From Desulfotalea psychrophila LSv54 (GTDB taxonomy: Bacteria; Desulfobacterota; Desulfobulbia; Desulfobulbales; Desulfocapsaceae), in NCBI RefSeq assembly GCF_000025945.1, contig NC_006138.1, positions 510,001-542,000 of the forward strand: 32,000 nt of DNA, read 5' to 3'. Every line of letters starts with the position of its first letter. The first letter of the stretch is position 1. The notes below the pieces were generated by a model, which saw only the letters and a program-made list of their open reading frames with translations, made no database searches and was not told the DNA's origin. The position numbers and the translations under genes were made by a program. Positions 14,753 to 24,092 of this stretch are shown here, piece after piece.

Positions 14753-15850
14753 ATGAAGAACAACAGAGAGAGAACCTGGTGTATTCAACTCATTGAAAAT
14801 TTTGAGACAATAATAAGAGAGAGAGCCCTGTCGCTCGAAACACCCTGCATGGAGATACTGTCCAGCGACAAAAAACTGGGTAATTGGGCCAGCGCAACAA
14901 AGACGATGGGTATCTCAAAGACACTCATTGAAGACTATAGCTGGGATGTAGTTATTGAAATCTTACGCCATGAGATGGCCCATCAATATGTATCTGAAGT
15001 CTTAAAATGTACTCAAGTCATGCCCCATGGAAACGAATACCAACGGGCCTGTTCCATCCTGGGAGTACATCCGGATTACCGGGGCGCAAGCACCGCCTGC
15101 CCACCAGTCACTCCACGACCTGCAGAAGAAAAGGCCCATGCCCAGCTGGCCAAGGTCGAAAAACTTCTGGCCCTGGCAGAATCTGCCGAAGAGCACGAGG
15201 CAAGCGCTGCCATGGCCAAGGCAAACAGACTTATTGCCCGCTACAATCTCCAACTTATTGCCGATAAGACACCACAAAAATATGACTATATTCAGATCAA
15301 AGTCGGCAATAAACAGGTTCCTGCCTGGATCAAAAGCATAACCGTAATTATCAAGGAACACTTCTTCGTAAACACCATTATAATTTCCCAGTACGATGCC
15401 AAGACAGATTCCACCTTCAAAGCAGTAGAACTCATCGGCAACAGAGAAAATATCTCTATAGCCGCACATGTTTTCCACTTTCTCTGCGCCCGCCTGCCTC
15501 TGCTGTGGAATAATTTTCAAAAGGAGAGCGCTGTGCAGGCAAGGGAAAGACGCTCTTACTATCTTGGCGTCATCAGAGGTTTTAAAGAAAAAATGGATGC
15601 TGGAGAGAAAAGCCATCCCTTCCTCGCTGAGACAGGACTTACAACAAGTGCACTGATACTTGCCCAGGACCAAGAATTACAGAAGTTCTTTATCCAGAGG
15701 TATCCACAGACAAAACTATGCCGAACAAAGGCCACAAAAATCTATACGGCTAGCTATAATTCCGGCATAGGCGTAGGCAAAAAACTCACCGTACACAGGC
15801 CTATTACCAACAGCCAGGGTAACCTGGGACACCTGCTCCCCCGCCCATAG
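14753..15850 (+). CDS. SprT-like zinc metalloprotease domain fused to a DUF2786-like region
   Basis: 365 aa. HEMAHQ matches the zincin HExxH motif in an SprT-like context (ILRHEMAHQYV). The central helix AKVEKLLALAESAEEHEASAAMAKANRLIARYNL is typical of DUF2786. Domain assignment is from memory of family signatures. Confidence 0.75.
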   Translation: MKNNRERTWCIQLIENFETIIRERALSLETPCMEILSSDKKLGNWASATKTMGISKTLIEDYSWDVVIEILRHEMAHQYVSEVLKCTQVMPHGNEYQRACSILGVHPDYRGASTACPPVTPRPAEEKAHAQLAKVEKLLALAESAEEHEASAAMAKANRLIARYNLQLIADKTPQKYDYIQIKVGNKQVPAWIKSITVIIKEHFFVNTIIISQYDAKTDSTFKAVELIGNRENISIAAHVFHFLCARLPLLWNNFQKESAVQARERRSYYLGVIRGFKEKMDAGEKSHPFLAETGLTTSALILAQDQELQKFFIQRYPQTKLCRTKATKIYTASYNSGIGVGKKLTVHRPITNSQGNLGHLLPRP

Positions 15851-15996
15851 CGCCTCTCCCCTCAGCCACAAAAAGAATTCCACAAGCAGGAGAGGAGACA
15901 GACTTTACCATTGACACTAAACCCCATCTCAATGTTATATGTCGACCAGACAGCAAGCAACACTCCGGTAAAACTTAATATAATTAGAGGGCGAAG

Positions 15997-18069
15997 ATGT
16001 TTAAAAAGGCCAAATTAAAGGTCAAGATGCTCGTACCCATCTGCGGTACTGTTTTAATAGCATTTGTCATAACCATTGCCAGCATAACCAACTTAGCCTC
16101 AGAACATGCGAAAGAGAGGGCCTTAAACCTGGCCACCGAAACTGCCCATCGCTATGGAGGCGAGGTACAGAACGAAATATCAAAGGCATGGGACGCAACG
16201 ACCACCATGTCAGAAATGATAGGGGGGGCAATGAGTAGCGGCAACACAGCCAAGCGCGCCTCCGTAGTTGCAATGCTCACCAGCGTTATCAGCCAACACC
16301 AAGAGTTTTATGGTGTTTGGACAATCCTCCAACCCAATAGTTACGATGGGCCGGACAGCGAAGCCGACCCCTCCCAGCCAGGCACCGGCGAAAAGGGACA
16401 GTTCCGCCCCAATATTCACCGCTATAGCGGCCCCATCAAAACAACCCTTATCAAATACCGCCCTGAGAGCAGTGCCAAAGGCGCCTGGTACTGGATTCCC
16501 TATCGTAGCGGCAGGCCCTATATTACCCCCCCCACCGTCTACAATATAAACGGCCAGGACGTGACCATGATCTCCATCTGTGTTCCCATAATGAAAAATG
16601 GCACACCAGTGGGCGTAGTTGGCATTGACCTCGGCATGGAACGGATGCAGGAGATCGTCTCCGAGATCAGACCATTTAACACCGGTTTCGGCTACCTGCT
16701 CTATACAGACGGTACCGTTCTTGCTCACCCAGACAGTAAGGCTGTGCAGAGAAAGGTCACCGATCTCGACATCGACCAGGCAGTACTGCCGGCCATCCGT
16801 CAGGGCAGAGACTTCGTCTGGGAGGGAGAAAGTAATCGTTTCCAAGGTGAAGCCCTGTCCGTCTTCGCCCCATTTAAAATCGGTAGCAGTGACTCTCCAT
16901 GGAGTCTGGCCGTTACCATTCCCATGGACACGGTACTTGCCAATGCCCAGCAACTTCTGCGGGTAAGCATCATCATCGGCATCCTCTCCCTCACCATCCT
17001 CCTGGCCCTGGTCTACGCCATTTCGACATTTGTCATCGTCCGCCCCATCGAGATGGTTGTCAACGGCCTTAAAGATATCGCCGGCGGAGAGGGAGACCTG
17101 ACAAAACGACTCGATGCATCCACAAAGGATGAAATTGGCGAACTCTGCAGTTGGTTCAACACCTTTATAGCCGAACTGCAGAGAATTATGACAGAGGTTT
17201 CCGGCAAGTCGGCAATTCTGGGTGCCTCAGCGCAAGCACTGCAAGCTACCTCAAAAGAGATGACAGGCGACGCCAATACGACATCGGCAAAAACCGTCCA
17301 TGTATCGACTGCCATCAGAGACATGAACGGCAATATTTCCACCGTCGCAGCCGCCATGGAGCAGACATCCACCAATATTGGCCTTGTGGCCTCCGCCACA
17401 GAAGAGATGACGGCAACCATCAACGAAATCGCCAAACACTCAGAATCAGCTCGGGCAATTTCCGGCAATGCCGTCTCTAGATCGCAAAAGGCCTCGGATA
17501 AAATGGATCTGCTCGGAGGCGCCGCTCGGGATATCGACAAGGTTACCGAAACAATCACGGAGATTTCCGAACAAACCAACCTCCTGGCGCTCAACGCCAC
17601 CATTGAGGCAGCCAGAGCCGGAGAGGCAGGTAAGGGCTTTGCCGTAGTAGCTGGTGAAATCAAGGTACTCTCCCAGCAGACCGCCAATGCAACCAAGGAG
17701 ATACAAAAACGCATCGAGGGAATCCAAACAGCTACCAACGAATCCATTGAGGAGATCAACGGCGTATCCAAGGCCATCGAAGATGTCAATGACACTATCT
17801 CAACCATCGCCACCGCCGTCGAGGAACAGTCCATTGCCTCACAGGAGATCGCCGACAACATAGGTCAAGCATCTCAGGGAGTGCAGGAGGTAAACACCAA
17901 CGTAACCGAAACTGCAGGACTGGCAGACCAGGTAACCAATGACGTTGAAGAGGTAAGTGCGGCAACAACTGATATAGCGAACCTGAGTACCACGGTAACA
18001 ACCAGCGCCAATGAGTTAAACCAACTCTCCGGCGAGCTAAACGCCCTGGTTGAGCGTTTCAAGGTCTAA
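15997..18069 (+). CDS. Methyl-accepting chemotaxis protein with a periplasmic Cache-type sensor, HAMP and MA domains
   Basis: 690 aa with two transmembrane segments flanking a sensor of about 290 aa. HAMP: [22 protein letters not shown]. Signalling hairpin: [35 protein letters not shown]. Confidence 0.93.
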   Translation: MFKKAKLKVKMLVPICGTVLIAFVITIASITNLASEHAKERALNLATETAHRYGGEVQNEISKAWDATTTMSEMIGGAMSSGNTAKRASVVAMLTSVISQHQEFYGVWTILQPNSYDGPDSEADPSQPGTGEKGQFRPNIHRYSGPIKTTLIKYRPESSAKGAWYWIPYRSGRPYITPPTVYNINGQDVTMISICVPIMKNGTPVGVVGIDLGMERMQEIVSEIRPFNTGFGYLLYTDGTVLAHPDSKAVQRKVTDLDIDQAVLPAIRQGRDFVWEGESNRFQGEALSVFAPFKIGSSDSPWSLAVTIPMDTVLANAQQLLRVSIIIGILSLTILLALVYAISTFVIVRPIEMVVNGLKDIAGGEGDLTKRLDASTKDEIGELCSWFNTFIAELQRIMTEVSGKSAILGASAQALQATSKEMTGDANTTSAKTVHVSTAIRDMNGNISTVAAAMEQTSTNIGLVASATEEMTATINEIAKHSESARAISGNAVSRSQKASDKMDLLGGAARDIDKVTETITEISEQTNLLALNATIEAARAGEAGKGFAVVAGEIKVLSQQTANATKEIQKRIEGIQTATNESIEEINGVSKAIEDVNDTISTIATAVEEQSIASQEIADNIGQASQGVQEVNTNVTETAGLADQVTNDVEEVSAATTDIANLSTTVTTSANELNQLSGELNALVERFKV

Positions 18070-18071
18070 GC

Positions 18072-18110
18072 AAAAAACATCTGCCCGACTTACCTTCTAG
18101 TCGGGCAGAT
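18072..18110 (-). terminator. Rho-independent terminator of the methyltransferase operon; also ends the convergent MCP gene
   Basis: atctgcccgact-N8-agtcgggcagat forms a 12-bp perfect stem (18079-18110). It is followed on the reverse strand by GTTTTTTG, 15 nt after the stop at 18125. Confidence 0.7.
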
Positions 18111-18124
18111 GACAGTTATATCTA

Positions 18125-18751
18125 TCAAGAACAGATTTTCACAGCAATACCGCGGATAGTAGGCCTAACCAAAGGCATTGAGGTGCGCATGCTCTCTCGC
18201 TTAATTTGAGAGATCTTAAACCCTGCCAGACAGAGAGCATTTTCTATCTCTCTGTTAAAATGACAGTTCCCCGCCAACCTTCGCCAAAGAGGAGTCATCC
18301 TGTCCTGCCATCTCCTTCTAGCCGAGCCTCTCTCAGCAGCTACATGCTCCAGAAAAACCAGGCTTCCACCTGGCCTTAAGACCCGATGGATCTGCTCTAG
18401 TACAGTCTCAAGATCTACCACAGAACAACAGACCAGTGTTGTCACCACAAAATCAAAGGAACCATCATCTCCTTCAACCTTCTCAGCTGAAGCGGAGGAG
18501 AAGGTGATATCCCTGAGCACACTCCTCCCAGCCTTAATCCTCAACTGATCACGCATGATTTTTTCAGGCTCTGAGAGGACTAAATGAGTAACCGATTCTG
18601 GATAAAACTCTATATTTGCCCCGGTTCCAGCTCCTATCTCAAGCACATCGCCATGCACCTCCTGCAAAAGATCACGTCGCCACTCACGCAAACAGGATTT
18701 TTCTGTGGAGGCCATCAGTATATCGTATAAACGTTCGACTAGAAAAAACAT
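18125..18751 (-). CDS. Class I SAM-dependent methyltransferase
   Basis: The track ORF starts at a TTG (18796). The ATG at 18751 is preceded by GGGGAG. Motif I reads VLEIGAGTGANIEF and the post-I/II region reads LRPGGSLVFLEH. Confidence 0.8.
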   Translation of the reverse strand: MFFLVERLYDILMASTEKSCLREWRRDLLQEVHGDVLEIGAGTGANIEFYPESVTHLVLSEPEKIMRDQLRIKAGRSVLRDITFSSASAEKVEGDDGSFDFVVTTLVCCSVVDLETVLEQIHRVLRPGGSLVFLEHVAAERGSARRRWQDRMTPLWRRLAGNCHFNREIENALCLAGFKISQIKRESMRTSMPLVRPTIRGIAVKICS

Positions 18752-18844
18752 TGAGCCACCACTCCCCAGCCTGCTGAGTTTAACCAATCTGGGCAAGGTG
18801 CCACCCTATCAGACTGAATACCAAGTTTTCCCTTCAAGGCAGGG

Positions 18845-19876
18845 CTACTGCAAACCAGCAAAAAACAGGTCCCAAAAAGGATCAGAATCCGGTTCCAACA
18901 GAGGTTGGCTCTGGCCATTTTTAAGAACAGTATTCTCCTTAAGGCTAGAGTCAAATTTGCCCAAGATGTAACTATCGATACCGAGATCAGCCCAGACTCT
19001 CTGCACCTCCTGCACCTGTTCGGGTTCAACTGCCGCGAGCAATGTCCCCTCACTAATAGCCTGCCAAGGATCAAAATCCAGTTCCCGGGCAAGGGCCACA
19101 ATATCTGCCGGTATCTCCACCCCATCAAAATCAACCATAACCGGAAGACCAGAAGATGTGGACATCTCCCACAGCCCTCCCTGCACCCCTCCTTCGGTGG
19201 CATCATGCATGGCATGAACTCCACCCACCTTAAAGGCATGCAAAGCATCCTCAACAACGGTGATCTGATCCACTCGGGCACGAAGAGTAGCGAGCATCTC
19301 CTCGGAAATATTTCCCTGAAGTCGCTCATGATGAACAATGGAAAGCAGGGCAGCCGCCTCAATGCACGGCCCCTTAGTCATTAAAATAAGATCACCATCC
19401 TTGGCACCGCCGGGCGAAATCCATGCATCCTGATCCGCCGTACCCCAAACGGTAACCCCACCCACGGTCGGCACCGTCACAGCACCGTACCAGCCGGTAT
19501 GTCCCCCGACAATGGAGATCCCCAAATCTTCAGCGGCACGGGAGATAGAGCTAATAATCGTCCGAGCATCCTCCTCGGGACAACCAAGAGGCAGGAGCAG
19601 GGTATAGGTCATGAATTCTGGTTTAACCCCTGTTACCGCTATATCACTGGCCCCGATATGGACGGTAAACCAACCCATAATATCCAAAGGCAAGCCAGGA
19701 GCGGGAAAAATAGGGTCCTCGGCAATAGCCATGACCCGTCCATCGGCGGTCTGCAAAATTGCTGCATCCAGGCCAGGTCCCGGCCCCACTAACAAACTTT
19801 TACATGGTTTGCCCAATGCCCCCTGAACCAGGGCTTGCAGACGAGAGGGACTTGGTTTACCCACCAGATTACTCAT
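18845..19876 (-). CDS. AIR synthase-related (PurM/ThiL/HypE superfamily) ATP-dependent enzyme, specificity unknown
   Basis: About 343 aa from the ATG at 19876 (the track ORF begins at TTG 19882). N-domain: GPGLDAAIL...IAEDP. C-domain: HAMHDATEGG. The ATG overlaps the upstream stop as ATGAGTAA. Confidence 0.85.
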   Translation of the reverse strand: MSNLVGKPSPSRLQALVQGALGKPCKSLLVGPGPGLDAAILQTADGRVMAIAEDPIFPAPGLPLDIMGWFTVHIGASDIAVTGVKPEFMTYTLLLPLGCPEEDARTIISSISRAAEDLGISIVGGHTGWYGAVTVPTVGGVTVWGTADQDAWISPGGAKDGDLILMTKGPCIEAAALLSIVHHERLQGNISEEMLATLRARVDQITVVEDALHAFKVGGVHAMHDATEGGVQGGLWEMSTSSGLPVMVDFDGVEIPADIVALARELDFDPWQAISEGTLLAAVEPEQVQEVQRVWADLGIDSYILGKFDSSLKENTVLKNGQSQPLLEPDSDPFWDLFFAGLQ

Positions 19877-20177
19877 GCTCAAGCCCCCTTAGCAAAACAT
19901 CTTCCACATCGCTGACCTTACCCCGCAGACGGCCAGTTGCCCCTCGACGATCATCCATAGTGATGGAGGTGAGCACCCGAGGTGCCCGTTCCATCATCAA
20001 CTCATGACAACGCATGATCAAAGCCATGACCTCAGCCTGCTCCCCCTCAATAGTCGTCTGCATGGCGCCAAGCCTATAGTCCATACCAGAATCAGCGACC
20101 AACGCCACCACCGCTGCAACATGCTCCTTCAGCTCCTCACCTACCCCAAAGGGTAGAATTGTAAAACTTGCCAGCAT
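19869..20177 (-). CDS. MTH1187/YkoF-family (DUF77) small thiamine/HMP-binding-type protein
   Basis: 102 aa. MLASFTILPFG...HVAAVVALVADSGMDYRLGAMQTTIEGE fits the ferredoxin-like MTH1187 family. GGAGG SD upstream. Confidence 0.85.
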   Translation of the reverse strand: MLASFTILPFGVGEELKEHVAAVVALVADSGMDYRLGAMQTTIEGEQAEVMALIMRCHELMMERAPRVLTSITMDDRRGATGRLRGKVSDVEDVLLRGLEHE

Positions 20178-20471
20178 AGTACACCTCCATCTGAATTATC
20201 TGTTTTACAGGTTCCCCATCTACCTTCCGCCCAATCACCTCACGACTTTCCACCTAAGACCAGAGAAAACTATTCGTGAACAGCAAGGGCGTCATCCTCA
20301 ATACATCTCTAAAATTTTCCTTTCAATGTAAAAAGCAGACACCTAACCACATAACAGATTTAATATCATAACAAATAGACAGAAGACAAGCACCTCGACA
20401 TTTTACCTGTATTTAACAGGAGAGGCATGGCATTCAACTTTTCAGGGCCGTGGCACTGAGAACAATAATTC

Positions 20472-20500
20472 TTGACTTTGGTTTTACGGTCTCCTATAGG
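20472..20500 (+). promoter_or_regulatory. Candidate sigma-70 promoter of the thiM operon
   Basis: TTGACT, 17 nt, TATAGG, about 20 nt upstream of the riboswitch. Confidence 0.4.
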
Positions 20501-20518
20501 TTGAGGTGTATTATTTTT

Positions 20519-20596
20519 TTTGCAGGGGTGGCTTTAGGGCCTGAGAAGATACCCATTGAACCTGACCTGGCTAAAACCAGGGTAGGGAATTGCAGA
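20519..20596 (+). promoter_or_regulatory. TPP (THI-box) riboswitch aptamer
   Basis: GCAGGGGTGGCTTTAGGGCCTGAGAAGATACCCATTGAACCTGACCTGGCTAAAACCAGGGTAGGGAATTGCA carries the conserved GGGGUG, CUGAGA, AUACCC and ACCUGA..CUGG...CCAG.GUAGGGAA blocks, as in the E. coli thiM leader. Confidence 0.85.
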
Positions 20597-20687
20597 AATG
20601 TCCTCATTTTCATTTCTTCGCTCTATCTGCTCGCCCTCCCCCTGTTATTCTAGCGAAAGCTTTAACATTTATCCGCTGAGTAATGTT

Positions 20688-21509
20688 ATGTCGAATATTT
20701 CCCTTACGGCTGCAGAAAATCTGCAGCAAATCCGCGAAAATAAACCACTTATTCATAACATCACAAATTTTGTGGTCATGAACTACACGGCAAATGTCCT
20801 GCTGGCAACGGGTGCCTCTCCAGTTATGGCCCATGCCCAGAATGAGGTGGAGGAGATGGTCGCATTTGCCGGATCTCTGGTTCTCAACATTGGTACCCTG
20901 AGCGAAAGTTGGGTGAGCTCCATGCTTATGGCCAGCCAAAGGGCAAATACATTAAAAACACCAATCATACTCGACCCTGTTGGCTCGGGGGCAACAGCCT
21001 TTAGAACCGCCTCGGCTAAGCGCATCATCGCCGAGGCAAAGGTCAGTGTTATCCGAGGCAATGCCTCGGAAATTCTCTCCCTCGGCAGTGAGCAAAGCAA
21101 CACCCGAGGAGTTGACACAAGCCAGTCCGTCAGTGATGCAGCCCAAACCGCCTCTCTTCTGGCCCGAGAGCTGGATACTATCCTGGCAATCACAGGACCC
21201 ACCGACCTGGTTACCGATGGCAGACGAGTATTCAATGTTGATAATGGCCATCCACTCATGCCCTATGTCACAGGAACCGGTTGCTCTGCCACCGCCGTAG
21301 TCGGTGCCTTTGCCGCAGTGGACAGAGATTATCTGAGGGCAGCAACAACTGCCCTGGCATTTTTTGGCCTGGCGGGAGAAATGGCTGGCAAGGCAGCAAC
21401 TGGGCCCGGCTCCTTTATGATCCACCTGCTGGATGCTCTCTACAACATGAGCCCGGAACAGCTGGAGAAGGGCTGCCGAATTAAGGAAAGCTCAGCAACA
21501 AGATCCTGA
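20688..21509 (+). CDS. thiM: Hydroxyethylthiazole kinase
   Basis: 273 aa from the ATG at 20688 (MSNISLTAAENLQQIRENKPLIHNITNFVVMNYTANVLLA...). Typical ThiM N-terminus and length. The track ORF extends in frame to an ATG at 20598. Confidence 0.9.
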   Translation: MSNISLTAAENLQQIRENKPLIHNITNFVVMNYTANVLLATGASPVMAHAQNEVEEMVAFAGSLVLNIGTLSESWVSSMLMASQRANTLKTPIILDPVGSGATAFRTASAKRIIAEAKVSVIRGNASEILSLGSEQSNTRGVDTSQSVSDAAQTASLLARELDTILAITGPTDLVTDGRRVFNVDNGHPLMPYVTGTGCSATAVVGAFAAVDRDYLRAATTALAFFGLAGEMAGKAATGPGSFMIHLLDALYNMSPEQLEKGCRIKESSATRS

Positions 21510-21531
21510 GACTCATCAGAAAGAGAAAAGA

Positions 21532-22302
21532 ATGCAAGACCAGCACCTGACAAAGACGACAGGGCCTGAAGAGGCCCCATCAATTATTTTCGACAAGGTC
21601 TCGCTGAACATGGGGGACAGGCCTCTGTTTGACAAGCTGTCCATGACCATTGAAGGCGGGCTGTGTACCTGCATCTTAGGCCCCAGTGGTTGTGGAAAAT
21701 CAACCCTGCTCCATATGATCTCGGGGGCAACATCTCTTCCCTATGAGGGGAGCATCCAAATTGAATCCAAAAAGGCAAAAAATGACAAAATTGCCTGGAT
21801 GAGCCAAAACGATCTACTCCTCCCCTGGCTCTCCCTCTTGGAGAACATTATCCTCGGGGCAAAACTACGCAATGAAGAATCTGCCTCCCTTCGGGCCAGA
21901 GCAGGTGAACTTATGGAGGAGGCTGGTCTGGCCGGATACGAGAACGCCTTACCGGCAACTCTTTCCGGCGGCATGAGACAACGAGGCGCACTCCTGCGCA
22001 CCCTCATGGAGGAACGCCCCATACTACTCATGGACGAGCCCTTTTCAGCGCTCGACGCCCTGGCCAGAATGAAGCTGCAGAATCTGGCGACCAAGCTCAC
22101 CAGGCGGGCAACAGTTCTCCTGGTAACCCATGACCCCATGGAGGCACTGCGGATGGGTGATAGAATTCTGGTCCTCTCCAAAAGGCCATGCCGGGTCCAG
22201 AGCCTTTTCTCTCTGACAGGAATACCACCTCGAAATGTTGACGATCCGGAAATTCAGGCCCATCTCAGCACCTTGCTCAGTCAACTGATGGATCAGCGAT
22301 GA
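21532..22302 (+). CDS. ABC transporter ATP-binding protein (NitT/TauT-type; ThiZ-like)
   Basis: Walker A GPSGCGKST, signature LSGGMRQR, Walker B LLMDEPFSALD. Sits in the riboswitch-controlled operon. Confidence 0.9.
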   Translation: MQDQHLTKTTGPEEAPSIIFDKVSLNMGDRPLFDKLSMTIEGGLCTCILGPSGCGKSTLLHMISGATSLPYEGSIQIESKKAKNDKIAWMSQNDLLLPWLSLLENIILGAKLRNEESASLRARAGELMEEAGLAGYENALPATLSGGMRQRGALLRTLMEERPILLMDEPFSALDALARMKLQNLATKLTRRATVLLVTHDPMEALRMGDRILVLSKRPCRVQSLFSLTGIPPRNVDDPEIQAHLSTLLSQLMDQR

Positions 22303-23045
22303 AGACATTCAGACTCATAGTGCTTGGCACCGGCCTCTTACTGCTCTGGCAACTGGTGGTTATTATCACCGATGCTCCCCACTATATCCTGCCCGGGCCA
22401 CTACCCGTATTCCATGCCATCATCGACCATTGGTCCACCCTGATGGGACATCTGCAAACCACCTTAACGGAAATAATCTTCGGCATTTTACTGGGTACCG
22501 CCCTCGGGATAAGCGCTGCCCTGACCATGACCTTCTCCCCACTGCTCAAGCGTTGGCTCTTGCCAGTGCTGGTGATCAGTCAAGCCATTCCTGTTTTTGC
22601 CCTGGCCCCAATTCTCGTTCTTTGGTTTGGCTATGGCATGGCCTCTAAAATTGCCATGGCGGTACTCATTATCTTTTTCCCTGTAACTTCGTCATTTTAC
22701 TACGGAATGCAGCGGACAGAGCCACAACTTCTGGAACTGGCAAGAATCATGAATGGAAGCCCCATGCGGATAATGCGCTATATCGTCATTCCAGCGGCAA
22801 TGCCGGCATTCGCCTCGGGTCTTCGACTTGCTGCTGCTGTAGCCCCAATCGGGGCAGTAATTGGAGAATGGGTTGGTTCAAGTTCCGGACTCGGATTTTA
22901 TATGATCCACGCCAACGCCCGCATGCAAATCGATGTCATGTTTGCTGCCCTAACAATTTTATCTGTTGTTTCATTACTTCTCTATTTCTTAGTTGATTTT
23001 GCAATGGAGAGGCTTATTTACTGGGAACCTTATCAAGGATGTTAA
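22299..23045 (+). CDS. ABC transporter permease (ThiX-like)
   Basis: 248 aa with about 6 transmembrane segments. ATGA start/stop overlap with the ATPase gene. Confidence 0.9.
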   Translation: MKTFRLIVLGTGLLLLWQLVVIITDAPHYILPGPLPVFHAIIDHWSTLMGHLQTTLTEIIFGILLGTALGISAALTMTFSPLLKRWLLPVLVISQAIPVFALAPILVLWFGYGMASKIAMAVLIIFFPVTSSFYYGMQRTEPQLLELARIMNGSPMRIMRYIVIPAAMPAFASGLRLAAAVAPIGAVIGEWVGSSSGLGFYMIHANARMQIDVMFAALTILSVVSLLLYFLVDFAMERLIYWEPYQGC

Positions 23046-23047
23046 AA

Positions 23048-24001
23048 ATGAAAAAAGTACGTATGTTAATAATGGCCGCTTTAGTAATAGCCATATGTGG
23101 AACGAGCACATCGGCTATGGCCCGGGAGAAGGTAACACTCCTCCTCGATTGGTTTGTTAATCCCGATCACGCCCCCATATTTATAGCTCTGGAAAAGGGC
23201 TATTTTGCCGACCATGGCCTGGATGTGGAGATAATCGCCCCCTCCAACCCCAATGACCCACCCAAGTTAGTTGCCGCTGGCAAAGCCGATATCGCAGTCT
23301 CCTACCAAAATCAGCATCAGATGCAAATTGATCAGGGACTGCCCCTAGTGAGGATTGCCACCCTGATTGCCACCCCTCTTAACTCACTGGTGGTACTTGC
23401 CGATAGCCCGATTAAGACTATTGCTGACCTTAAGGGGAAAACCATTGGTTACTCCGTTGGTGGCTTTGAAACCATGCTCCTGGATGTAATGCTTAAGAAG
23501 TCAGGACTCAGCCTCTCCGACGTTACGCTCGTCAATGTAAATTTCTCCCTCTCCCCAGCCCTCTTTACCGGACAGGTCGATGCTGTAATTGGAGCCTTCA
23601 GAAACTTTGAGCTCAACCAGATGGATATCGAAAAACGTCCCGGCAGGGCATTCTATGTAGAAGAACATGGGGTACCGGCCTATGATGAGTTAATCTTAAT
23701 AGCCAATAGGGATAAGATCGGCGAGGCAAAACTTCGCAGCTTTGTCGATGCCCTTGAAGAGGGAGTGCAGTATCTGATCAACCATCCTGATGAGAGTTGG
23801 AAGCTCTTTATCAAGGGAGAACGAAAAACCCTCGATGACGAGTTAAACCGACGCGCTTGGAGAGATACCCTGCCACGTTTCGCCCTGCGCCCCGGGGCCC
23901 TGGATCAGGAACGCTATCGCCGGGTTGCAGCGTTTTTGCAAAAGCAGGGTACGGTGAAGAGTGTGCCACCGCTTGAGACATGGGCCGTGGAGCTACCATA
24001 G
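23048..24001 (+). CDS. ABC transporter substrate-binding protein, NMT1/THI5-like (ThiY-like pyrimidine-precursor binding)
   Basis: Start chosen at 23048 (MKKVRMLIMAAL..., signal peptide, AAGGA 9 nt upstream); an alternative lies at 23039. LLLDWFVNPDHAPIFIALEKGYF is typical of the NMT1/ThiY family. Confidence 0.88.
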   Translation: MKKVRMLIMAALVIAICGTSTSAMAREKVTLLLDWFVNPDHAPIFIALEKGYFADHGLDVEIIAPSNPNDPPKLVAAGKADIAVSYQNQHQMQIDQGLPLVRIATLIATPLNSLVVLADSPIKTIADLKGKTIGYSVGGFETMLLDVMLKKSGLSLSDVTLVNVNFSLSPALFTGQVDAVIGAFRNFELNQMDIEKRPGRAFYVEEHGVPAYDELILIANRDKIGEAKLRSFVDALEEGVQYLINHPDESWKLFIKGERKTLDDELNRRAWRDTLPRFALRPGALDQERYRRVAAFLQKQGTVKSVPPLETWAVELP

Positions 24002-24032
24002 TCCTACCGGCCTCACCTCCCTACAGCTAGAG

Positions 24033-24056
24033 GCCCCCTCCTATTCGGGAGGGGGC
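24033..24056. terminator. Bidirectional terminator hairpin between convergent operons
   Basis: gccccctcc-tattcg-ggagggggc forms a 9-bp GC-rich stem. Flanking U-tracts are weak. Confidence 0.6.
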
Positions 24057-24092
24057 TTAGAGAACAGCACAAGGGAGAGCAAGACTTGGAAT

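Noticed and set aside
15002-15673. 223-aa antisense ORF inside the SprT/DUF2786 gene
   Set aside because: It has no SD and no family resemblance. The sense frame carries the HExxH and DUF2786 signatures.
17013-17861. 282-aa antisense ORF, and several shorter ones, inside the chemoreceptor gene
   Set aside because: These are Ala/Ser/Val-rich shadow ORFs, typical of the antisense strand of the repetitive MA signalling domain. The sense frame carries unmistakable MCP motifs.
20178-20450. Possible second TPP riboswitch on the reverse strand, upstream of the MTH1187-family gene
   Set aside because: I read the reverse complement for CUGAGA, ACCUGA and GUAGGGA blocks and found none. The only THI-box is the + strand one at 20519-20596.
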